Shown here: piece after piece, positions 53,385 through 64,000 of the stretch
Numbering within the stretch: position 1 is the first letter of the stretch
How the letters are laid out: each line of letters begins with the position of its first letter
Assembly: GCF_006345805.1 (NCBI RefSeq)
Contig: NC_042999.1
Coordinates: forward strand, 164,052,001-164,116,000
From: Octopus sinensis
Lineage: Eukaryota
Direction of reading: 5' to 3'
DNA: 64,000 nucleotides
Program-made: the position numbers and the translations under genes
Notes under the pieces: generated by a model
Told to the model about the DNA's origin: nothing
Seen by the model: only the letters and a program-made list of their open reading frames with translations
Databases searched by the model: none

Positions 53385-53699
53385 ACAACAATTACGGAAT
53401 GGCGTAGGAGAAACCCGGGCTGCATACGTTTTATAGCGAGTGGAACCTCAGAAGCGGTAAAGTCCAAGTGAGGCGTATACCGCTGGATACTCATCAGGAC
53501 AAGGATATCTCTGATTGAATCTTCTTTGCGTCCACATGTACCGCCTTGCGACAATGTAACCTTTAATCTAATCAAGATACCTTTGGCCTGAAGAGCAGCC
53601 GGTGGTATACACTTCACTTGGATTTTACCACATCTGAGGTTCTACTCGCTATGAAACATATGTAGCCCGCATTTCTCCTGCTCCATTCCGTTACTCTTG

Positions 53700-53700
<1 letters not shown>
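53385..53700. mobile_element. Inverted pair of diverged pLTR segments, each with a hammerhead motif
   Basis: Arms ~53385-53510 and ~53575-53700 share TCACTTGGA(C/T)TTTACC..TCTGAGGTTC(C/T)ACTCGCTAT in opposite orientation. Confidence 0.75.
53585..53667 (+). ncRNA. Type I hammerhead, long stem II family (homologous to 46793)
   Basis: GGC-CUGAAGA-GCAGC..GCUAU-GAAA-C(AUAU)G-UA|GCC; short stem I and imperfect stem II base. Confidence 0.6.
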
Positions 53701-53739
<39 letters not shown>

Positions 53740-53743
<4 letters not shown>

Positions 53744-56486
53744 TAAATAAATGGAGTTTAACGCAGGTATAAATCAAATATTTTTACTTTCGACACTTGT
53801 TTCGAAAATTCCGCTGATATTATTCAAAAGAATAAATGGTATAAAAAATGCAATTTTCTCTTCAGGAAAGTGAAAAAAAAAACGAAACTCGTCAATAAGA
53901 CATTTTAGCAAAACATGATGGATTTGTATACCGATTAACTGAACGCTATTAATATTGTTTAAAAAGACGTTATATGATATAACGTCATAAGTAGCTTACA
54001 GAAAGAGTAGGGATATTTATAGTGAATGTTAAATATAAAGGAAATTAAAGTTTAAATTATATATAATGATCGAGACTACTTATATGCACTAAAGGTGTGT
54101 TTTTGCCAATGTTTACATCTGTATGCTCGCTCTATAACCATGTTTACTAGGGGATTTTTAGAAAAATAATGAAAAATAGTTCAGAATTACAGAGAAGACA
54201 CAATTCCTTGCCTTTGTCATAAGGTATCGAAATTGAGAGAATCAACCATTCTAAATGAAATTGTTCATTGTGGTCTTTTAGATTCTAAATTAATTTACTG
54301 AGCCCAGTACTGTTACGTTTATTCCTATCCCTAAATGTTGAGTAATGGATAGAAATTCTTTCAGATAACTCTAACGATGCGCTTCCAATGTAAAATCGTA
54401 CTTTATTCCTAGTATTGATTATACACTGGTATATAGAATTTTTAATTTTAGAGTTACTTGACATAAACTTAATTCTGTTGGAATTGACTTCAGATACAAT
54501 AACCTTGTTATTAATATTTCTAGAGGGCTGGATAGTATTAGCTAAATTAATGTTAGTATTAGTAAATGTATTAATATTTAACAGGTGGTTATTATGTGAA
54601 GAGATAATTTGTAAGAGATTTTTGTGTTGGAAAAACCGATCCTAACCGTATGTGAATTGATAATAGAGTAATACCTAGTACTTTTTGGAAAATTCCTAAC
54701 AATAGCTTGACGAAGCAGCAGTGGGCGATTAGATTTAATTTGTCTCCCGTAAGGAATTATTAACCAAATATTTTTACTAGTATTTATAGCGTAATTATTT
54801 TTGAAAGTGTTATATTTACTTTTAGAACGATAATAGGAGGTTAAATAAGGGTTATCTCCCTTCATTCGTTTTGTATCGGTGCATAAGTTATGTTTGTTAT
54901 CAATAATTCTTTTACGACTAGAAATCTTATCTAGATTGTTGAATTTACAATTAGACTGAGTAGAATCAATGTAGAAAATGTTCTCTGTATAACCTGCTTT
55001 AATTAAAGCAGAGTTATAAAATTCAGCGTTAACATTGAAAATGTCAACATTAGCAGATAATTTAGATAATCTAAATGAAATGTTTTTAACTAAGTTCTTA
55101 GTAATTGCCCTAGGATGATTACTAAATTTGCTAATGTACTTAAGATTGGTCAACGGTTTACGATATGGGAAGTAAGAGTCACTGTGTAAATTAAGCGTAA
55201 TATCTAAAAAGTTGACCTTCGTCATATCATCATCAAAAACGATTTTTAAGCCATTCTACTGAAAAATTTAACTAAACTATTCTTAACTTTTTGTACCTTT
55301 TGGTTGGAAACATTTTGGAGGTAAAGTAAACAATCATCACGATATAGACCTGCATAAATGTTAGGGAACTCTTCTGTCATTTCAAAAATAATATATATAC
55401 AGACCAAATTTAATAATAGATCTTCTGGCTGCCAACACAACATTAATTTCTTCTCGGGTGAGACCACCTATGTTATGAGCAAGCCAAAGTGCCTTATTAA
55501 GTACTATTGGATTGAGAGATGAATAAAAATTGGAAATATCAAACTGGATAAACTTAGTACTCCCCTTATTAGTAATAGAACTAAACCAGTCAACTACTTG
55601 AAACGAATTAGACCATAAGCTAAGTTTTAATGTTTTAATTAAATTAGGAATATATTTATCTAGTATATTTTTACTAAGGATACCGATGTCAGAGCTAGAA
55701 GGGCAGATAAGCCTTAATGATGGGTTAGTAAAAAAAATTTGTGATCCTTCAAAATGAACCTAGGTTGCTTAGGATCAAGTGGTTCTGTCTTCATTTGTAG
55801 GTTATACTTCTCCATAATTTTCATAGCCTCAATGTTGGCTTTCTTAAGTATTCTTTTATCAGCAATTTTATACTTTTTCTGAATTTCTTTTTTAAGTAAT
55901 TCCAAATAATAGTCTTTATCAAGTTTGTACAGATTTCCAGTCTTATCAGATTGAACCAACATAGTATCCATAGAATTGATTTCTTTGGTGATGTTGCGAA
56001 GATACCTCAGATGTTTATTTCTTAGTGGTGATCGGTGAAATTTAACATTTTTCACAATGGACCAGAGATCATCTTGAAATTGCTTCAATATTGGGTTAGG
56101 CGGCGGACTATTTTTAAATTTAAATAACTTGTTGAACTCAGATGTTTTATCATTAGCGTGTTGTTGAGTGTCATTTTTGTCAAAGAAAAAGGTAAGCCAT
56201 CTTATACGGTAGATGAATGAATTTATCTTATTGACAAGTTGTTTAAGGAAAACATTCCTTGGTGGAATAGGAATGTCCTTGAGAGATGCGTTAATATTCA
56301 ATAACTCCATATGCTGTTACTATTCAGTTAGCAGGTTATTAATAAACATGATTAAAGTATTATAAATAGATGAGTGTATTTTTAACTTGTTAACAATTAA
56401 CAACCTCTTTACTTGTGAGATTTTTGCTACCCTAGTAACTATTTATTTATTTTTTCCGTTTTCCTTGTTAAGGTAAAAATACACTC

Positions 56487-56490
<4 letters not shown>
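53740..56490 (-). mobile_element. Penelope-like element, Naiad type, copy N2 (full span, disrupted)
   Basis: MELLNINASLKDIPIPP N-terminus, GLYRDDCLLYL, IYQC..YIG; frameshifts, TAG in LI*NLKD, and a ~30-codon deletion removing the VPMGS..DL motif near 55410; 3' hammerhead. Confidence 0.88.
53786..53871 (-). ncRNA. Type I hammerhead ribozyme (N2 3' pLTR, canonical)
   Basis: ACUUUC-CUGAAGA-GAAAAUU..AAUUUUC-GAAA-C(AAGU)G-UC|GAAAGU; predicted cut at 53792/53791. Confidence 0.82.
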
Positions 56491-56563
<73 letters not shown>

Positions 56564-56631
56564 GTAGGTCCGGGTTGAGTCGGGGTTAACCACAGTAAAT
56601 AAGGTACTCAATACATAGCAGAGTAAAAATA

Positions 56632-56664
<33 letters not shown>

Positions 56665-56760
56665 CGTCCGTAGTTCATATATATCTGAAATGGAAGCAAC
56701 CTCTAAAGCATTAGAATATATTTTTAAGTAAGTTAAATGTTGCGATCGGTCATAGATTGA

Positions 56761-57054
56761 TCATTGGTTCCCACCAATAAAGCGCTTACCAGTATAGGCG
56801 ACTCGCCGGATTCAAATGTACGAAGGTGCATAATCCGTTCACAACTGGAGGAAAAAATATGTGAGTCAGTTAAATTCGTAAGGGGGATTACGCCATCCCG
56901 TCTGCAGCAGTACTGGACAAACTATTTTGTTTACACATCTAACTGATCGTGAAGTGTTTCTTCCTCCAGTTGCAGAGAGGTTTTGCGCTTTAGGCCTTTT
57001 GAGTCTGACGAGTCGCCTCTACTGCTAAGCGCTTTATAAGTGCGAAACCAATGA
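56761..57054. repeat. Imperfect ~113-bp inverted repeat with degenerate hammerhead cores
   Basis: Arms 56761-56873 and 56939-57054 (ATAAAGCGCTTA.CAGTA.AGGCGACTCG; CAACTGGAGGAA); CTGACGA at 57005 and GAAA at 57044. Confidence 0.75.
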
Positions 57055-57296
57055 CTGGCCATAACATTTAACTTCCTAATACACACACACACACACACAC
57101 AAATACACACAAATACACACAAACACACACACACACAGTCATATATATATATAAGCAATTAAGATTCAAGTGAGTTCTGTTGAATTCACATGAATATGGT
57201 ACTTAACTTGGATGCACCAGAAATCTATATGGTGTTAACCATACAATAATGCGGGGTGATTATAAATAGGAAAAAAGCAACAAGAATGGATCAATA

Positions 57297-57385
57297 TTTC
57301 GGTACAATTGTTTCGTACGAAGACAGCTTTATTAAGGCTACAAACATTGCAGTAAATATAAGTGACCCGTACTCATCAGCCGAAA
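57297..57385 (-). ncRNA. Type I hammerhead ribozyme (canonical, distinct family)
   Basis: UUUCGG-CUGAUGA-GUACG(48 nt)CGUAC-GAAA-C(AAUU)G-UA|CCGAAA; predicted cut at 57303/57302. Confidence 0.88.
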
Positions 57386-57401
57386 AAACATCTGAGATCT
57401 C

Positions 57402-57470
<69 letters not shown>

Positions 57471-57472
<2 letters not shown>

Positions 57473-57618
57473 ATATATTGTATATAAGAAAAAGGGACAG
57501 GCAACAGGTTGCTTGACCGCATACCGAAAAGGTAGAAATAGCAGTCAAGAATGCTTATTTCTATTTTTCACAAAAAGCAACCTGTTGCCTGTCCCTTTTT
57601 CTTATATACAATATATAT
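57471..57618. repeat. Perfect 44-bp inverted repeat with 60-bp spacer
   Basis: ATATATATTGTATATAAGAAAAAGGGACAGGCAACAGGTTGCTT at 57471-57514 and its reverse complement at 57575-57618. Confidence 0.93.
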
Positions 57619-58074
57619 ACTGAACTTTACAGAAGTTCCTGCCGTTAATCGGCTATATTTACATACTGAATTCTACCAGTAAATAATTGTGGTCTTTTTT
57701 TTAAAAACCATTATAGAAATTATTTACTCTTATTATTATATTATATATATATATATATATATATTTCCTGCTTTTATTGTTAAGCTCGTCTTCTCTTTTC
57801 TCGCCTCTCCATTATTTCTCTCTCTATTTTCCCACTCTCTCACTCCCTCGCGCTTTCTCTCCTTCTCCTTCACTCTATCTCTCCCTCTGTTACCGTATGT
57901 TATCTTAGACCTCACCTTTTCATTCAGTCCTACTTTCCTTCGTTCATTTTTTTTTTTCAATTTTCATGCTTTTATTTATGCTTTCATTCCGCCCAGAAAT
58001 TTTTCATTATTCTCTTTATTCTATTTATCGACACCCAAATTAATAACATCTATGAACGATATTATTATTGGCAT

Positions 58075-58310
58075 AAGGCGACGAGCTGGCAGAAACGTTA
58101 GCACGCCGGGCGAAATTCTAAGCGGTATTTCGTCTGCCGCTACGTTGTGAGTTCAAATATCCGCCGAGGTCGACTTTGCCTTTCATCCTTTCGGGGTCGA
58201 TTAAATAAGTACCAGTTCTCGCACTGGGATCGATATAATCGACTTAATCCGTTTGTCTGTCTTTGTTTGTCCTCTCTGTGTTTAGCCCCTTGTGGGTAGT
58301 AAAGAAATAG
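58075..58310 (+). mobile_element. tRNA-derived SINE (least diverged copy of the family)
   Basis: GGCGACGAGCTGGCAGAAACGTTAGC..GAGTTCAAAT..GACTTTGCCTTTCATCCTTTCGGGGTCGAT..; a second degenerate copy lies at ~58465-58640. Confidence 0.85.
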
Positions 58311-58994
58311 ATATTATTATTGACATCATAATAATTATTCTTCAAAACGAATAAAGCGACAAATGGTTAAAGTCATTAGAGCACTGGATAAATTGCTTTC
58401 CGCTTATTGCGCTGGTTTTCTGCGCTCTAAGATCAAATACCGCTGAGATCGACTTGTCCTTTTAAGGTAACGATTTGGCAGAATCGTTAACACAGCGGCC
58501 AAAGTTCAAATTTCGCCGAAGGTGACTTTGATTTTCATCCTTTCGGAGTCGATAAAAAAAAATACCAGTTGAACACTGGGATTAATGTTATCGACTAACC
58601 CTGTCCCCATCAAAATTTCAGGTTTTGTGTTCATAATAAAAAGAAAAAAAATTATCATTCAAAACTACAGCAAATATTCAACTTAAACCATTTTTTCTTT
58701 CCCTCTTCTTTTTGACAGCTAGAAAAATAACAACCCACAAAATTCGAACGGGACTATCTAGGGTTTCGACTTCAGAGAATATGACTTCGGCGAAATCTGT
58801 TTATGGTAAGAAACGAAGTACTTTTTTGTTTGCTTTTCTCTGATCTTTATTTTCAGGTTTCATGTGTACTCACCAGGAATTAGTTCAGATATATTTCATG
58901 GGATTACACTAATATGAGTTGCATACATTTTCCAACGTGAACATTTGCTGTTGCGTAGAGTAGATAGTGAGTCAGTGCTTAATAGGTTATATAT

Positions 58995-59066
<72 letters not shown>

Positions 59067-59077
59067 GTGTATATATA

Positions 59078-59125
<48 letters not shown>

Positions 59126-59254
59126 ATACAATCATACATACACACACACACATACATACATACATACATACATACATACATGCATACATACATACATACA
59201 TACATATGTGTGTGTGTGTGCATGTATGTATGTATCTATGTATATATACACATA

Positions 59255-59470
59255 CGAGGGAGCGCTGAAAAGTTCCTGGGCTTAGGTAAAAGGAAATACA
59301 GGAGGATTAGTTAATTATGATTTTAATCAACATATCCTCCTCTCAGATTCACTCACATATTGCAGCAGTCCTTCACTTTTTGAAAACCCTGTAAAAGAAC
59401 TCTGAAATCTGGACTTCCAGTCAGGCCTTTCATGATGCCCTTAAAGCCAGGAACTTTTCAGCACTCCCTC

Positions 59471-59471
<1 letters not shown>
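59255..59471. mobile_element. Mariner-derived MITE (217 bp)
   Basis: ~28-bp TIRs CGAGGGAG(C/T)GCTGAAAAGTTCCTGG, TA on both sides. Confidence 0.88.
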
Positions 59472-59505
<34 letters not shown>

Positions 59506-62500
59506 AATATAAGAGAGGGTTCACTATGTGGACGCTCTTGCACTAAAATTAGATCCGCAATGGTCTCAACCACCAAGAATTGTTCCCAAGGAGAATTAGC
59601 ACAACAATGAACGTAAACGAGCAGGACAAATGAAAAATAACAAAAATGTAGATTAATTCTAGACAATTGTTTCACTGTTAATGGATTATGCAATGTTACT
59701 TACATAATAGATCCACAGTTCATCAGTAGAATTCGTCATGAATATAATTTATTGAACTGCACGCCAGATTTTAACATAAAGCCAAACACACGTGTGGTTC
59801 AGTCTATTATATTCGCAGTTATGATTCGAATGCCCTCGTTATAGCGCGCCAAAATTTCCGAAAAACAAATACTGAATAAATAATTTACTGCAGTATAATT
59901 AAAATCAAAAATAAGGGTGAAAAAATTGGATATTAATTTAATAACATCAATTTAACACCAAGGGCACACGTGTGTTCATATATTCTGAGTGATAAGGATT
60001 AAGATTTTCAAATAACTTGGTGACGCAGTGCAGTTATGTAAACTATTTGAAATATCTCTACATTCTTTAGTCTCCTGGCTCTTTCTATCTGTTTCTTTGT
60101 TTCTCTCCCATTCCTGCCCCCACCAGTCTCTCCTCACTTCTCTGTCTCTGACTCTCTCTCTCTCTCTCGCTCTCTCTTCATGCATCACCAAAGACACTCA
60201 TAACTTGAAGTTCTTGGGGACTGTGAAGCCAATATTATGAATTTGTTTAACTATATAAACTGACTTGTTGGGATATTGATCAGCACTGATCGTGTCTTTA
60301 ACTTTCTAATATAAAATACTATATCTAACATACATGTTGCCTCGTATGTATTGTATATTTATTCAGTATTGTATTTATCACATAAAAATTTACTGTGCTT
60401 TCACTCTTTAATGTTTGTTATATTCTTTTTCAGTGCACGATAACAAGTCAGCCACAGAAGAGACGTTTATATATACACAGATGTCTACTGATATAGTTCT
60501 CAACACAACAGAGTATCACAAATTCAGTTAAGCTAGTCTACTAATGTAAGCATCGACTATTTTTGTTCGAACAAGTTTTATGATATAGTTAGAATATCAG
60601 GTGTTTCTTTCACTGATTAACTAACAACACTTCTAAAGAACATTATTGATTCTTTGGCAAAATCTTATTTATTTATGATTGCAGTAAAATCACATAGGGA
60701 TAAATAGAAGATTTGTCCAACACTATTATGTTATTTTCATAGCTCTTTTAAAGTATAATCTTGTGAATTATACTAAACGTTTTAACGTAAAAAACTGTCT
60801 GAAGCATCAGTCTCTGATAGCAAAACAAACTTTTTTTTAAACCTATTAAAGAAATTTTTAACTCCGATATCTGTAAAAATTTTTAAATTGAAAACTTACA
60901 ATCTTTCTAAAAAGAAATACACTGTGTGGTATAATACTGAAATAATATGGTGGCTAACATCGTAGATTAAAAGATTGGGCCCTCTGTCAGCTACAGGGGT
61001 TCAAATCCTTTTTGAAGCTATTTCATCGCTAATATTTTTGGCAATGTTATAAACGTCACATTTTCAATTTCTCCTTTGCCTGTAAATACAAGGCCACACT
61101 GCATAATTGACAGAAGCCAATTAAACTTAAATGATATTAGTAATGAGAGATCAGACGAAATTAAGCAATCTCAGGTTCAAGCCTTGCTTCTCTTGTGCAC
61201 CAACCAAATTATCTACGATAATTTAATCGAAATTATCTCAGAATGAAACGATGACTGTGATATAAAGACACAGGTTACCATATTCATATTTTGCTGATGT
61301 TTAATTATTAGATTCTTAATCTCAGCCAAATGAGCGTTAGGTTGTTTTCTGTGCCAGTAGATTGTACAATTCGTGGGGTGTAGATGGATTACTGGCTTTA
61401 AATCCCAGAAAATCACGATAATCTCTATTCACATTACTTTTTCTCGTAATATTTATATAGTTTTGACTATCATCCAGGCATCTTATTTATAATATTCCAT
61501 ATAGCAAAATTTCGCCTCATCTAGTAGAGAGTTGAAAAATATAGTATTTTATTTGACTCGATTTAGAAATTGCCAGCTAAACACTGAATAAAATCAATCA
61601 AGCAGATTCTAAGAGTCTGCAAATTGCAACAAAATATTTCTGTCTTCGTGACCGATTTTTGATGTTTTCTTTCCATATAAAAACAGGCTGTACCCTTCCA
61701 TTTGGCAGTTTCAAAACGGAATCACATTAAACGGGTTTTTTTCAATTTTTGTAACCCATCATCGGGTCATAGCTTCTGTTTTTGGGTTTAGTATACAATT
61801 CCTTATAATTATATATATATATTTCTTCATATATATATATATATATATATGCCTTGTTTCTTCGTGCATATACATATATGTGTATGTGTGCGCATGTGTT
61901 TATGAGAGTATAAAGTTTATTCATGTGCTTGTACATAATTCCCAATAGCATTTTGTAAAATGAAATATCAACAAATGATGAACGTCAATATAAAGAGCCG
62001 AAAGTATAGAAAGTATATGTGAGGCAGTGAGGCTCAAAAATATGGCATAAAGTGTAAGCATTTGCAAGAATACATCATTCCAAATGTTTGCTGTGTAGCT
62101 TTATACAATGGTGCAACACCATGTGGCATTTCGTGGTGATTCAATGTATTGGTTATGATATGTAGGATGCAATGTGACAGGTGATATTAGCGAAGATTTA
62201 GGTTAGACAGGGTTGGAAACGATGTTGTATATTAGTAAATGACTTATATTGCTGTGTACTGAAAGTCGAAGTAGGTATAGTTGTATATTAGGAAACAATG
62301 TAAAATGTTGCTGTGTACTAGGAGCGACAAAGTATTGGGGAATTACCTGGAATATAATTATGTATTGGGGAATGACTGGACATTGTGTGCTGAGGAATGG
62401 CGTTGGGTGTTCTTGTGTATTTAGCGAATGGCAATGTTTGTGAGAATACAGCAAAGTATATGAGTCAATGGTTTGGGATAACAAACTATTTAAGTTGTTA

Positions 62501-62987
62501 GTTTAGCATGAAAATCTTCTTGTGAAGCAGACTACTTATAACCTACACCAAGAAAATAATCTCCTGGACTGGAAATATTTGAGCAGTTTTTTCCGTGGAG
62601 GATAAAACCGTCTTCAATCTTTTATTTATTTTTTTCCTATGCACTCTAAAATATTTCTATGCTCAGCGATTTCCTTTCTTTAAATAAACAATTACACACT
62701 GCTTCATCACAACGCCATCTAGGAGAACACTTTCCAACTCATATTTTATCAAATTCCTTTTGCAGTTTGAAGTTCGGTTATTTTTTCCCAGAACTCTAGA
62801 ATTTATTGAACTATTTGCTGTTACATCTCACCACCAAGACTTCAATGTACATGATATCAATCACTATTCCTACTTAATGTTTTGTTCATAAGTATCAATA
62901 AAACTTAACCAAGACATCTCACGTCAAACCTGCAGGTCTATGTATATATTTATGTGCGTGTGTGTATATATATATACACGCACATAC

Positions 62988-63027
<40 letters not shown>

Positions 63028-63105
63028 TATATATTATATATATATATATATATTATATATATATATATAAGTATATGTATGTATATACATGCACACACAC
63101 ATGCA

Positions 63106-63154
<49 letters not shown>

Positions 63155-64000
63155 ATCTGTATGTATGCATATATGCATGCATTTATATACATATGTATAT
63201 ACATAATAATGATCACTAAAGTCACCGATAGATGGGTAGATAAATAGATAGATGGTTAAGCCACCATACCTGACTCTTTCCATTATGCCTCACATCCCAG
63301 ACTTTACGTCGCTGTTTGTTTCCTCTCGCTACCAACCTGCAACAATGTAACCTTCAATTTTCCTCACTCTATCCAGAATGTTTCCCTACGTAAGAGGAGT
63401 GAATTTAGAAGGGATATAAACATCCGACTATACGGTCTTATATGCTACCTACATTCCTCAAGGCAAAATATTGGGTTCTTATAGGCAATATCCTCAATAT
63501 TCCTACATTCTTATTCAGACTCCTCGGTATAGTACATGTAAGTAGGGGTTCTAAAATACATCATGGGCGATGATCAATAAAAAACATCGCTTGTGGTTGT
63601 GCTTAGTCTAGAAAATATTACAAAATTAAGGGAGTAACATCCCGTTTAGAATAAGAAAATGCTTCATTTGAAGACAAATGTCAAAATCCCAGATTAGAGG
63701 AGCTGCTGTTAAAAAGTAATATTGGACGGTTATAGGAATAATTTTGGGAAGCTGAAGCAGTTTTTGAGTTGCCATCGATATACAGAAAATTCAAAATATG
63801 TTACAACTATTGAGCTATGATTAGCTCTGTTTCAAGCTATCACAATGTTTCGTTTTGTCTTTTATGTTCACAATTTTGTATAATTAAATTCTAAATGAAG
63901 GACATTACCTATCTTGATTATATATCGAGACAGATATACTAAATAATATGAATGCTGGGACTAAAGCAAATATCAGATACATACAATGCACACGTCCATC

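Overview
AT-rich, microsatellite-dense eukaryotic DNA. It is most likely from an octopus/coleoid cephalopod, inferred from the SINE types and the TATG/GATA/AAT/TA load; no database search was run. No multi-exon host gene can be supported. The window is a graveyard of R4/Dong LINE fragments (targeted to AAT repeats), Penelope-like elements (two long Naiad-type copies plus fragments), an RTE relic, mariner relics/MITE and several tRNA-SINEs. Most listed ORFs are microsatellite artefacts. Main discovery: the ~404-bp tandem array at 42945-46320 (8.4 units, inserted in (TA)n) carries one type I hammerhead ribozyme per unit on the minus strand (CUGAUGA / GCCA..UGGC / GAAA / C-UGCA-G / GUA cleavage). 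The array's right edge lies 7 nt from the predicted cleavage site. This is the architecture of a non-LTR retrozyme, a self-cleaving and potentially circRNA-forming non-autonomous retroelement. About ten further hammerhead motifs from several sequence families occur in Penelope pseudo-LTRs and fold-back elements across the window. All folds were done by eye and none is experimentally shown.
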